A stretch of DNA of 64,000 nucleotides from a virus (taxonomy: Duplodnaviria; Heunggongvirae; Uroviricota; Caudoviricetes). The notes beneath the pieces are model-generated. The model was not told the origin of the DNA. It made no database searches and saw nothing but the letters and a program-made list of their open reading frames with translations. Shown here piece after piece: positions 39,187 through 48,500 of this stretch. Each line of letters starts with the position of its first letter. The first letter of the stretch is position 1. The stretch is taken from IMG/VR virus record IMGVR_UViG_3300035660_001437. One strand, 5' to 3'. A program made the position numbers and the translations under genes.

Positions 39187-39777
39187 TCACCCGAGCCCTC
39201 CGCGAATTAGTAAGACTTCTAGAATTGCCGCTTCAAACAGCAGCACGAAAATGATGAACACCGCATTCTTCGAGTCTTGGAACGCTTTGTGCAGCCGCCG
39301 TTTTGTGAGGCAGTATAAGATTTTCACCGAGTAGAACGTCGAAATAGTGTACGCTGCCATTTCCATCCAAACTATCGGGTTGAGAGCTAATTCCAGCATC
39401 GAAGCATCCAACGCGTTTAACGCTCTGCCGGTGTTCAGCAAAATTTGCCAAATAATCGGGATGCCGAGTATAGGAATCAACCCAAAAAGCGCGATAACGG
39501 CGTTGTTTCCGAATATCGACGCGACCGTAGCATTTTGAGCCATGCTCTGCACTTTCTCCTGGATTTCCTCTTTTTGTCTCTGCTCGATGGTCTCAAACTG
39601 CGGGTAGATGAGAAGAGCTACGTTGATAAGCAATAACGCTGCGAAGAGTGCTTTCGCAATTCGCGCTCGGACGTGTTTCGGCAGCGCGCTGGGAAAGCTT
39701 ATTCCAGTTTTTTTGATTTTGTTCCCAATGCGCAGCCGAGAGACGTCCGAGCATGACATTGTAATTTTCATTTTCAC
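39187..39777 (-). CDS. polytopic membrane protein
   Basis: 196 aa, about 5 TM helices; N-terminal 20 codons run through R1 repeat copies, so the true start is uncertain. Confidence 0.4.
   Translation of the reverse strand: MKMKITMSCSDVSRLRIGNKIKKTGISFPSALPKHVRARIAKALFAALLLINVALLIYPQFETIEQRQKEEIQEKVQSMAQNATVASIFGNNAVIALFGLIPILGIPIIWQILLNTGRALNALDASMLELALNPIVWMEMAAYTISTFYSVKILYCLTKRRLHKAFQDSKNAVFIIFVLLFEAAILEVLLIRGGLG
39658..39757. repeat. inverted pair of R1 dispersed repeats (copy in reverse orientation 39658-39699, forward copy 39721-39757)
   Basis: Forward GTTCCCAATGCGCAGCCGAGAGACGTCCGAGCATGAC; upstream reverse-complement variant CGCGCTCGGACGTGTTTCGGCAGCGCGCTGGGAAAGC. Confidence 0.65.
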
Positions 39778-40163
39778 ACCCTCAGCAATCCCTCGTGTAT
39801 TATCTTTACGTGCTGGTCTGACGGCTCGCGCTCAAATATTATCATTTTCCCGAGCGCGAGAGCGAACCCAATTTCTATCGCCGTTGCCAGCCCGATATGC
39901 TCTTCGCCGTCTTTCTCGTTCATGACGTAAACTTGACTGCATTTTGATATTTCTCGGAGATAAATCCTTTCTCTTTCTGCAAGCATTTTAAGAAGAGTCG
40001 GCGATAGAGGCACCTTGTCGAAATGATGGGCGAGTATAATCGGCTTTCCACCGTCGAAGAACTGCTCGTCAGGAAAAACCTCGTTTCCCTGCTCTAAAAA
40101 CTCTTTTCTCTTCTTGAGTATGTTGTGCTTGTTCTTGAAGCTGCCGACAATAACTATCTTCAT
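39774..40163 (-). CDS. hypothetical protein
   Basis: 129-aa ORF flanked on both sides by R1 repeats. Confidence 0.35.
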   Translation of the reverse strand: MKIVIVGSFKNKHNILKKRKEFLEQGNEVFPDEQFFDGGKPIILAHHFDKVPLSPTLLKMLAERERIYLREISKCSQVYVMNEKDGEEHIGLATAIEIGFALALGKMIIFEREPSDQHVKIIHEGLLRV

Positions 40164-40185
40164 CTCTTATTCTCTCCAAAACTGT

Positions 40186-40226
40186 GTCGCGATATCAGAC
40201 GTCTCTCGGCTCCGCGCTGGGAAAAC
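40186..40226. repeat. R1 dispersed repeat, reverse orientation
   Basis: GACGTCTCTCGGCTCCGCGCTGGGAAAAC is the reverse complement of the R1 consensus. Confidence 0.6.
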
Positions 40227-41277
40227 TGTAATACTTTCCATTCTCAAACGCTCTTCTGCTGTAAGTAACACAAGGATTCTTGTAGTCAAACCTTATCGCC
40301 TTGCTTTGAGGAATGAACACTCCTCTAAAAGTCTTCCCAATTCCGGCTTTTAAGCCCAACTTACACCTCAAGTGAGGCCCGTGGAATTTACTGTGCGTAC
40401 AGTTCTCGCAGAGTTGAATGTAGAGAAGCGAGCAAGTGTAACATTCTGAGTAAAGATATCCTACGCTCCATCTTCCTCGGCACAAGTTTGATATGTTAGC
40501 GTACTTGCTTGAAAAGCACGATGGGTATTTGTTATCTTTTATTATTCCCTCGTCTCTTCCAAGCCTTGCCATATCTCTCTTAGCTCTTTCTATCATGTCT
40601 CTTCTAATTTCTCTCGCTCTTTCAGACTTTCCTTGCTCTATGAATCCGGTCTCGTCTGCGGGAGAAAGATTTGCGGAAACGGGTTGAGGGGGTTGAAGTC
40701 TTGGGGGTTCATCCCCATTACTACAATTATGGTGAGGGCAATAACCGTAATGTCCTATGGAGAAGTTACAATTCAAGCATAAAACTCTATAGCCTTCTGG
40801 ATACCCACTTTTCTTTAAGAACCTGTAGATACTTCCAGAATGACCAGATTCTCTTAACTCTTTCACGTGCTTATTACCGCTGCCTTGTATGTGGTCAATT
40901 GTTAAGAATTCTATCCTTTTCTCATTGCAGCAGCAACAAATTGGTTTGCCATTAGAATAATGCGATAAGACTTCAATCTTTAATTTGTGTCCGTATTCCT
41001 TTAGATACTGCCTTGCTCTTTCTTTATCTTTAAATGGCAATTCTGAATCCCCATTATCTTCTAGTCCTTCTTGTCTTAAAGACTTTATTTCCATTTCTTC
41101 AGGGTAGTAACGAGAAATAGTCTCTGAGAGAAGCGAAGAGAGGCCATCAGGCGTCTCTCTTCCTTTTTCTCCTAAAGAGGAGCGAGCGAGACATATCTGC
41201 TCGCGAGCTCCTAGTATTAAAAGCGAACAACCAGAGACAAACGTGTAGCGAGAAAGAGAACTCTCTTTGTCTGTCAT
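40195..41277 (-). CDS. tandem HNH-motif endonuclease-like protein (paralog of 54845..55663 and 59656..60303)
   Basis: CCCCNEKRIEFLTIDHIQGSGNKH...YPEGYRVLCLNCNF matches HNH C-x2-C...DH...N...CN. N-terminal 45 codons run through the R2 palindromic element, so the true start may be the internal MEIKSL. Confidence 0.5.
   Translation of the reverse strand: MTDKESSLSRYTFVSGCSLLILGAREQICLARSSLGEKGRETPDGLSSLLSETISRYYPEEMEIKSLRQEGLEDNGDSELPFKDKERARQYLKEYGHKLKIEVLSHYSNGKPICCCCNEKRIEFLTIDHIQGSGNKHVKELRESGHSGSIYRFLKKSGYPEGYRVLCLNCNFSIGHYGYCPHHNCSNGDEPPRLQPPQPVSANLSPADETGFIEQGKSERAREIRRDMIERAKRDMARLGRDEGIIKDNKYPSCFSSKYANISNLCRGRWSVGYLYSECYTCSLLYIQLCENCTHSKFHGPHLRCKLGLKAGIGKTFRGVFIPQSKAIRFDYKNPCVTYSRRAFENGKYYSFPSAEPRDV
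41165..41210. repeat. palindromic R2 element
   Basis: TTTTCTCCTAAAGAGGAGCGAGCGAGACATATCTGCTCGCGAGCTC; 45-nt identity with the copy at 37951. Confidence 0.6.
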
Positions 41278-41783
41278 ATAGTTTGACTCCGATTTTTTGT
41301 TGATTCGCGGTTTCCGAGTCTCGGGCGCCCTCTTTCGCCGCCGGCGTTCCCAGCACGCAGCCGGGAGACGTCCGAGTGCGCATCGGCGTTCTCAGCGCGC
41401 AGCCGTGATACGGCCGAGCGCGACCGTTTGCGGCCAATGTTCAGAGCGCTAGGGTCTCGTCTTGGGGGTGTCATGCTGCTACACAGCTGTGACCGTGATT
41501 TTATTCTTCTCGCTGCGATTTGCATTAAATCTCCATTTTTCAATCTGAGATAATTCATTATTTCTATTGGAACTTCGAAATAGTAAATGGTGGCCAGGTA
41601 TTTGCCGCTCGAATGTTTGTTGTTTGGTTTATACGTTCTTTCTTCTTTTGCCGTTCTTACTCTCCCAGCCCATGATTCAAATGTTCTGGAGTCTGCAATA
41701 TCTTGAACAATAACTTCCTGTTGTTTTTGGGAGAGCGTCAACCTCGCATCACCTGAAAAGTATAATTTAAATAGAAAATACAA
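41274..41783 (-). CDS. hypothetical protein (doubtful ORF)
   Basis: TTG start directly abutting a TATA motif; C-terminal third is translation of tandem R1 repeats. Confidence 0.25.
   Translation of the reverse strand: MYFLFKLYFSGDARLTLSQKQQEVIVQDIADSRTFESWAGRVRTAKEERTYKPNNKHSSGKYLATIYYFEVPIEIMNYLRLKNGDLMQIAARRIKSRSQLCSSMTPPRRDPSALNIGRKRSRSAVSRLRAENADAHSDVSRLRAGNAGGERGRPRLGNRESTKNRSQTI
41343..41425. repeat. tandem R1 repeats (two degenerate forward copies)
   Basis: GTTCCCAGCACGCAGCCGGGAGACGTCCGAGTGCGCATC followed by GGCGTTCTCAGCGCGCAGCCGTGATACGGCCGAGCGCGA. Confidence 0.6.
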
Positions 41784-41862
41784 TATAGCACCGGCGTTTA
41801 TATACTTTTCCAGCTTCTTTGCGCTCCTTTAAATGCCTCCTAAACATCACTTTTTCATCACG

Positions 41863-41893
41863 CATCACTGTTTAATTTTTTTAAACAGTGATG
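41863..41893. promoter_or_regulatory. perfect 13-bp inverted repeat with 5-nt T spacer (CATCACTGTTTAA-TTTTT-TTAAACAGTGATG)
   Basis: Directly read; lies in the AT-rich strand-switch intergenic region; preceded by CATCAC direct repeats; followed by a second palindrome CTCCTATAGGAG at 41921-41932. Confidence 0.6.
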
Positions 41894-41993
41894 TAAATTT
41901 TTTGAACTGGAGGGCAATTGCTCCTATAGGAGTATTATAGTTTTTTTAATAATGGAGGCTTTGCTCAAGCTTTGTGAACGCAGGCGTGATGGC

Positions 41994-42029
41994 GTTCCCA
42001 ATGCGCAGCCAGGGCATGTCCGAGCATGA
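41994..42029. repeat. R1 dispersed repeat, forward
   Basis: GTTCCCAATGCGCAGCCAGGGCATGTCCGAGCATGA. Confidence 0.6.
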
Positions 42030-42128
42030 AATGGAAGCTAAGAAAGCTTTATATATGAGGTCGTCTTCCTTATAGAAGCCGGAGAAGGTCGATGGAAACA
42101 TCACTTCTTTAAATTTGCATTGGCGCAC

Positions 42129-42160
42129 TCGAGCGTCTCTCGGCTACGTGCTGGGATAGC
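42129..42160. repeat. R1 dispersed repeat, reverse orientation
   Basis: GAGCGTCTCTCGGCTACGTGCTGGGATAG. Confidence 0.55.
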
Positions 42161-42172
42161 GTTGTTGCAATA

Positions 42173-42499
42173 TTGACGTTCAAAAGATTTTACAAATGTT
42201 CTGCTGCTTGCCCGACCTTCTCCAACCTAAAAAAGGTGGTTAGAAAAAACATGGCTGGTGATGCAGTTCAAAACAACCTCGTGCTGATTATAGTGCCTCT
42301 TTTCGCTCTGTTGGCTCTGGCAATCATATTCGTGGTGATTCCAATCTTCGCGGGTATGGTCGGCTCAGGCTCAGCAAGCGTTGGACTTGTCAGCATGAGC
42401 AACACAATGGCAAGTTTCGCGCCCATTTACGGTATCGGGCTTGCCATAGGATTGCTTGTTATGTTCTTCGGTTTGGCAGCTTGGTTTGCGGGCAGATAG
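42173..42499 (+). CDS. small membrane protein (paralog of 15213..15506)
   Basis: Two TM helices; shared IYGIGL(A/V)(I/L)GL motif. Confidence 0.4.
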   Translation: MTFKRFYKCSAACPTFSNLKKVVRKNMAGDAVQNNLVLIIVPLFALLALAIIFVVIPIFAGMVGSGSASVGLVSMSNTMASFAPIYGIGLAIGLLVMFFGLAAWFAGR

Positions 42500-42580
42500 A
42501 CCACCTCTGATTAACTGCCGGCATACAAGCTGGTAAATCGAGGGCATTGCAAGCATCCGCCATACAAAGGAGAGAGAAAG

Positions 42581-43558
42581 TTGGAAAGCATATCTAAAGG
42601 TTTGCACGGAATCAACAAAAAGATTCCCACAATATCTTTGGAACGCGATTTTCTGGCTTTCTCTCTCCAAATAGTTTCCCTTTTTGTTTGCATTCTCATG
42701 GCCGCGATTTGGCCGATATTCGGTTTTGACAGCACGGTTAACACTGTTATGAAGTCGATACAAGGAGAGGCGTTAGAGCCAGCTGATTTCGGCGGTCTTC
42801 ATCTTTCGACTGTTCTCAACTTTTTCATAATTGCCTTCCTCGTGAGCAATTATCTTTCTTCGAAGAAAATAATAGCGTTTCACAACGTAATAGTGAGTAT
42901 AATGACGCCGATTGTCGCAATTATGGTTTTTGAGTTTATCTGGGTGTTTTTCACAGATTTTTTCCACAGCGTTCCAATAGAGGGATATTGGGCAATTACG
43001 GCGTACGGTCTCGGATTTATTGATTTTGGAATGCTGGCTCTTGGGATGGTTTTGATACCAATGTCTGCGTTTTACTTCGCTTTTCACCTCGCTTACAACA
43101 AGATAAACTTTTCTCCAAAAGCTGCAGTTAACATGTCGCTTGCGACTGCGACGTTTTCGGCAGGCGCTATACTCGCATTCTCAATTATTTTCGGCACGCC
43201 AACTGTTTTGATTAGAAACTCTTTCGCTGTTATGCTTTTTGCGTTCATGCACGCAACTTTAATGGACTCTCGCAGAGGCAATTTAATTTACGAGTTCAAA
43301 CAGAGAACAGGGCAAGCAATTATACTGGCTGCAGCAGCAATAGTGGTATTAGCGATTTGGGTGTTTTTGCCGCATTTAGAGGTGGTCAAGGGCGCGCTGT
43401 GGCCTCAGACCATATATGCGTTCTACAATAAAGGCGTGATTACGCAGGTGCTGTACGTTCAGAACAACGTGATTCACGCGCTGAACGTTTTGAGCAAAGC
43501 TCTTACTACTGGAGCTGTTTCGCTTGCAATTATACCAAAAATAAGAGCGTGGGAGTGA
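42581..43558 (+). CDS. polytopic membrane protein
   Basis: 325 aa, at least 8 hydrophobic helices; ends 10 nt into the next gene. Confidence 0.5.
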   Translation: MESISKGLHGINKKIPTISLERDFLAFSLQIVSLFVCILMAAIWPIFGFDSTVNTVMKSIQGEALEPADFGGLHLSTVLNFFIIAFLVSNYLSSKKIIAFHNVIVSIMTPIVAIMVFEFIWVFFTDFFHSVPIEGYWAITAYGLGFIDFGMLALGMVLIPMSAFYFAFHLAYNKINFSPKAAVNMSLATATFSAGAILAFSIIFGTPTVLIRNSFAVMLFAFMHATLMDSRRGNLIYEFKQRTGQAIILAAAAIVVLAIWVFLPHLEVVKGALWPQTIYAFYNKGVITQVLYVQNNVIHALNVLSKALTTGAVSLAIIPKIRAWE

Positions 43559-46500
43559 AAATGAAAAAACAATTAATGGCGTTTGTGTTGATGTGCTTTG
43601 TATTAATACCATCATGCATGGTTCTGTTACCGAAGGCATTTGCATACACGGACTATACGGATTTTGAAACTGGTTGGAACGGTTGGACTACTGACGGAAA
43701 TGTTTCTTCTTACGTAAGAGGAACAGTCTATGCACATAACGGAAGTTATTCAGTTTACACGGAGAATGAAAGTCTCACCGAATTTTACATTAACAACACG
43801 TTCACATGGTCTAATGAAACAACTTATCTTACTGTTTGGGCATTAACGGTTGATAATGTTGGCGAGTCAACCGTAAATTGTAAATTAGACTATGAAAACG
43901 GTACGCAAATAAAAGGCTGGTCTTTTCTAGCAAATTTGGAGTATTTAGTGTGGGTAGAGGGATACGCAAATTTAACGCAAGAAGTAGAATCTGAAGTCGG
44001 CGAGCTTGATGGAAAAGTAGTAATTCTTTATTTGGACACGGAAACTTATTATGTAGGGAACACAACTAATTATTATGGTCTTGGAGCAATCGACGACATT
44101 AACCTTACCGAAGAAGCTCCAAGCTTTCCAAGTGCAAGCGTTACCGTTGCTGCATCACCAGAAGGTGTGGGTTCAGTTTGGTTTACATTAAATTACGAGC
44201 CGCACCAAACCGTTTATTCAGAGAACTTAACGTTAGGATTCTATGAATTTGTTGTCCAAAATCTTACTGCTGGTAATTATAGCTTTTCTCATTGGACAGT
44301 GAACGGAACTTTAACTTATGAGAATACTGAGCTCGACATCACAATAGGGGGAAACACGAATATTACCATTGTTTACATTTATACTGCTGGAATTTCATTT
44401 GAATTTTCCAACATTGGTCACAGCACGTATTATGCAGGATGGCAAATCCAATTCTGGTGCACGGTAAAGTGCGAAACAAATGAGTTAATAGGCTACATTT
44501 TTGGGTGGAACGCAAGCGGAACTTGGTACGATTATGATTACAAAACTTTCACTCCGACTTATGAAAAGTACATAAACACTTTCGAGCTCGGAAGCCAATA
44601 CTTACCGTCAAGCTTTACGGAAGTAGTTTACGCATTTCGGGTTAAAGTCGATGGAAATGTTTGGGGATTCAGCGGTTATCAAACTCTTATCAATAAAGCG
44701 CCAGAAACAATAATTTCGGGAGATAATATAGGGCTGAACTGTCCTTGGCAAAGAAATTCATTTTCAAAATATGGAGATAATTATCAGTTCTTTTTCAACA
44801 GTACAGACAAAAAAGTCTATTACGCTGTTAAACCGTTTAACGAGACGGCTTGGGTAGTCGTGCCGAACGCTACTACGACTGCATGCTACTACAGCGCGAT
44901 TGATTGGGGCATTTGGTTCGACGGAAGCTTTGTTTACATAGCTTGGGTCGGAAGTGGCAAAGTAATTTACATGAAAAAGGGGTACATTGATGGTTATGCT
45001 CATAGATTAGCTTGGCATTGGGGCACGGAGACAGTAGCAACCATGGATTGGAGTTACATTGGTTATGGTTATACAGATGTATGCACGAAGTGGGTTAGTG
45101 GAAGCACATATTACTTTGTAAGCGTTAACTTCAAAGGAGTTACTTTCTTCTGGAAAAAAGCAACAGATACAACGTGGCTAAACCAATCAATTTTCGGCCT
45201 TAGTGCGGCTGCTACTCATGCAGAGATAGTGCCATATAGAGACGGCATAGTAGCATTCGCGGTTAAAGGTTGGTACCCTTGCTACGTTTACTATTGGGCA
45301 CTTGCAAATAATAACTTTACATATATGTTTGAACCCGTTCATGTGCCTAATGACTACACTGAGCCAATTGCTCATTCTCTAACTGCGACAGAAGACGGAA
45401 CAAAAGGTTACTTATTAATATCATGCGCTTATTCTTTTAATTATGGTTACGAAATTCAGCTTTTTTCCTTTGAAATAGGTTCTTCTGAATACAATGTAAC
45501 TATCCTCGCAAGAAATGGCGTTGAACAGTATGGCGGGGTTCAAATATTTATTGTGGGAAGTAGAGTAATACCGATGTGGTATGGCGGTTCGACTGGATAC
45601 CCGCCCTACGTTTCACATGTCGTCTTTCAAAACTATGACCTTGGTTTAACAGCGAGTTCACAATACATTTATGTAATAAGAGATTCGTCAATGATTAGTT
45701 CTACTTTCATGATTGGCTTTACGGATTACAAGTACATGCTTTCTTGGATGGCATCTGGCTCTAACGTGATAAAGTGCCAAGAAGCGGACTGGGGAGAACT
45801 TATGCCTTCAATAGACATAGGGAGTTTAGAGATATTAAACAGAAGTTGTCTCGACAGCATTTATGACACAACAAATGGAACGGGTTGGTTAATTGTCGAA
45901 AAGCAATACTACATTTTCAGGATGAACCTGACTGTTTATGGGTGTTCCTTGCATTATGCATCTTTTAAGTTTACGGATGTGGCTGGCAACGACGTAATCC
46001 CATATTACAATAACGTGACGTCTAAAGCAGGTCTTCTTTCAGACACTTCCTTTTCAGCCGTTAATAACCCAATTCTTGTTAAAACTGGCAGCTATTCATA
46101 TTCCATTATGCTCAGCGCTTGGCTGAAAAAGCCTTTAATTGATACGTGGTACGTTGACCTATATGGTTATGCAAACGATACTACTGGCGACATATCTACG
46201 GGTTGGGTTCTCGGTAGAATTGATTACTTCAACATTTACTCGCAAGGTGGTCTCGAGAAGATGACGGCAAGCGGAGATGCTGGAAGGCTTGACGGCGGTG
46301 ATTTCTTTAATCTTTACGCTTACAATAACAGCTTCGCAATGTCTGAAATTTATTGGCGTCATCTCGTCGACGTAAAGTTGTTGTTTTCGTTCCAATGGGA
46401 GCACGGGGCGCCACCTTCAGAATTTCCAACATTGTGGCTTGATTTAGGCTTCAATTATTTTGCGAGAGGCAATTGGTGTGATAGCCAGGAAATATATGTC

Positions 46501-47709
46501 AGGTTAGGATTAGATAGCTTTGCCTACGGCGCTGATTGGCAATATTCGAAGTGGCTTATTCAGATTAAAAGAGGCAGCACCACAATTTTTAGCGACTACA
46601 TTTACGGTTGGTTCGATAGCGAGGATAATACTTTCACAATTTGGCTCGACCTTTGGTTCAACAAAGCCAATGCTTCTTCGATATTTGGCATAAGAGCAAC
46701 GAGCTATTGGTACGCCGTTAAAAATAGCGCAGATTGGCTGCATAGGATTTTTACAGGAAATGATTGGGGTGTTTATTACGCGAATCAAAGTTCATACATT
46801 ATTTTTTCAGAATTACGGGATGAGAGCGAAAATAAGCTTTTCAGTTCAGAGATAGAAATGATAGAGTTATGGGCCAAGCTTTATCAATATAGTCAAAGTT
46901 ATAATTACTCCGGGAAAATAATTCGCATTCAACAATTTGACTATACTTTTAATGTCGAGATGCAAGGCATACCCACACCTTCTTTCGAGGCGCCAAGAAC
47001 GCCGGCCATGCCGATGGGCGGGTTTTTGGGAGTTCTGGCGTCTTGGTTATCAGCTCTTGTAAACGCACTTGCGCCGGCATTTGCATTCATGTGGTCAGGC
47101 GTCGTCTATGTGCTTGACGGCGTACTGCAAGCTCTCACCGGCCAGCCTGGTGTATTCACTAATTTCGTTTCTTTAATATCTGCGATAATAAGTAGCATAG
47201 TTTCGTTTTTCGGCATTCTTGCGAGCAATTTCGTAAACTTCGTGACCGTTGTGTACAACACCGTAACGTGGTTCTTCGGCAGCTTCTTCAGTTATATATG
47301 GGGAATCGTAGAATTCATATTTCTGACGCCGGCATTTAACATAATAACCGTCGTCGCGACAATTTTCGGCATCTCGATTGCGTGGCTCGCAGGGACTTCT
47401 TACACGAACGGCTTTGGTCAGACGTACGACTTCACGAACCTCTCAAATCTCCATTTTGCAGGGCTAAGCGGCGGCATAGTGATATTCTTCTTGATTTTCG
47501 TGGCAGGGTTTTTCCTTCAAATTCTCAAATGCATTTCTACGCTCAGCCTCGGGCCGATACTTGAGCCGATTGGCCTTTTCATGGGCGTTGTGAACTTCGT
47601 GATAAGAATAGTAGAAGTCATCTGGTATCTGATAAGAGGCGTAATACAACTACTTGTGCAAATCGCCCACGCGCTAAGGGACATCGCGCCTCGTCCGATG
47701 GGACTATAA
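43549..47709 (+). CDS. large secreted/surface glycoprotein candidate with C-terminal polytopic membrane domain
   Basis: 1386 aa; N-terminal signal peptide MKKQLMAFVLMCFVLIPSCMVLLPKAFA; W/Y/N/G/T-rich; dozens of N-x-S/T sequons (NGS, NES, NET, NLT, NVS...); last about 250 aa form at least 7 TM helices. Confidence 0.7.
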   Translation: MGVKMKKQLMAFVLMCFVLIPSCMVLLPKAFAYTDYTDFETGWNGWTTDGNVSSYVRGTVYAHNGSYSVYTENESLTEFYINNTFTWSNETTYLTVWALTVDNVGESTVNCKLDYENGTQIKGWSFLANLEYLVWVEGYANLTQEVESEVGELDGKVVILYLDTETYYVGNTTNYYGLGAIDDINLTEEAPSFPSASVTVAASPEGVGSVWFTLNYEPHQTVYSENLTLGFYEFVVQNLTAGNYSFSHWTVNGTLTYENTELDITIGGNTNITIVYIYTAGISFEFSNIGHSTYYAGWQIQFWCTVKCETNELIGYIFGWNASGTWYDYDYKTFTPTYEKYINTFELGSQYLPSSFTEVVYAFRVKVDGNVWGFSGYQTLINKAPETIISGDNIGLNCPWQRNSFSKYGDNYQFFFNSTDKKVYYAVKPFNETAWVVVPNATTTACYYSAIDWGIWFDGSFVYIAWVGSGKVIYMKKGYIDGYAHRLAWHWGTETVATMDWSYIGYGYTDVCTKWVSGSTYYFVSVNFKGVTFFWKKATDTTWLNQSIFGLSAAATHAEIVPYRDGIVAFAVKGWYPCYVYYWALANNNFTYMFEPVHVPNDYTEPIAHSLTATEDGTKGYLLISCAYSFNYGYEIQLFSFEIGSSEYNVTILARNGVEQYGGVQIFIVGSRVIPMWYGGSTGYPPYVSHVVFQNYDLGLTASSQYIYVIRDSSMISSTFMIGFTDYKYMLSWMASGSNVIKCQEADWGELMPSIDIGSLEILNRSCLDSIYDTTNGTGWLIVEKQYYIFRMNLTVYGCSLHYASFKFTDVAGNDVIPYYNNVTSKAGLLSDTSFSAVNNPILVKTGSYSYSIMLSAWLKKPLIDTWYVDLYGYANDTTGDISTGWVLGRIDYFNIYSQGGLEKMTASGDAGRLDGGDFFNLYAYNNSFAMSEIYWRHLVDVKLLFSFQWEHGAPPSEFPTLWLDLGFNYFARGNWCDSQEIYVRLGLDSFAYGADWQYSKWLIQIKRGSTTIFSDYIYGWFDSEDNTFTIWLDLWFNKANASSIFGIRATSYWYAVKNSADWLHRIFTGNDWGVYYANQSSYIIFSELRDESENKLFSSEIEMIELWAKLYQYSQSYNYSGKIIRIQQFDYTFNVEMQGIPTPSFEAPRTPAMPMGGFLGVLASWLSALVNALAPAFAFMWSGVVYVLDGVLQALTGQPGVFTNFVSLISAIISSIVSFFGILASNFVNFVTVVYNTVTWFFGSFFSYIWGIVEFIFLTPAFNIITVVATIFGISIAWLAGTSYTNGFGQTYDFTNLSNLHFAGLSGGIVIFFLIFVAGFFLQILKCISTLSLGPILEPIGLFMGVVNFVIRIVEVIWYLIRGVIQLLVQIAHALRDIAPRPMGL

Positions 47710-47734
47710 GTTTAACTGCAGGTGTTATAAATGG

Positions 47735-48238
47735 ATGAAATTACTTCGCAAAGGGGAGTGCTTTACCATAGACGATGACACAACATCTTTCTTCCTCATA
47801 TTTTTCGCGATTTGGGCCGTGATTTTAGTTGTTGCTTCGGCGTACTCCGGCGCGCACGAGCTTTCAAAGCCGCAAGCGGGTGTAATGCTGCTCCAGTCGC
47901 CAGATTTGAACCAGAAGCAAATACTGATAAATCCGATGTTGATAAGAGGGCAATTTTCAACAGGCTCAATTGATTGCGTGTTCTACATTTACAACGAAAA
48001 GACTTACAGCCAGAACGTAACGATTGGATGGTGGCTTGGATTTCAGATGGTAGAGGAGGCAAAATACGTTGACTTCTATTGCTCTGCCGGTAAGAATTTT
48101 ATGATTGCTAACAAAACGCTTTTGGAGTGCTACGTAAAGTTCTCAGTAGCGGCCAGCGCACCGCAAAACGTCAAAGACAAACTTGCAGATGGAAACCCTG
48201 GGATTTATTTAGTGGTAACCGCAAATGTGGAGGAGTAA
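47735..48238 (+). CDS. membrane-anchored hypothetical protein
   Basis: 167 aa with N-terminal TM helix. Confidence 0.45.
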   Translation: MKLLRKGECFTIDDDTTSFFLIFFAIWAVILVVASAYSGAHELSKPQAGVMLLQSPDLNQKQILINPMLIRGQFSTGSIDCVFYIYNEKTYSQNVTIGWWLGFQMVEEAKYVDFYCSAGKNFMIANKTLLECYVKFSVAASAPQNVKDKLADGNPGIYLVVTANVEE

Positions 48239-48500
48239 AATGACAACTGTTCAAACTGTTATTGTGATAATTAAATTCAAGAGCGAAGTCGACGTGTCGG
48301 CATTTAGAAGACCTGCTCCGCCGGGGTTATTCGGCAGCAGAAGACAGAGCATGGGCGTGAACATCATGGAAACTCAAACTATTCCGCTCGACAGGCCGAT
48401 TATTATAATACCGAACGGCGAGGCTGATAGCGTCGAAATAATACCGATAACAGACCAAACTTTGATTCACGGCAAAAATATAAAGAGGCTTTTGAAATGA
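48225..48500 (+). CDS. hypothetical protein
   Basis: 91-aa ORF overlapping neighbours by ATGA. Confidence 0.35.
   Translation: MWRSKMTTVQTVIVIIKFKSEVDVSAFRRPAPPGLFGSRRQSMGVNIMETQTIPLDRPIIIIPNGEADSVEIIPITDQTLIHGKNIKRLLK

Noticed and set aside
39658-42160. Possible CRISPR array formed by the R1 repeats
   Set aside because: Copies occur in both orientations, are irregularly spaced (20 to 1000 nt), diverge from one another, and lie partly within ORFs. No constant-length spacers and no cas genes are present.
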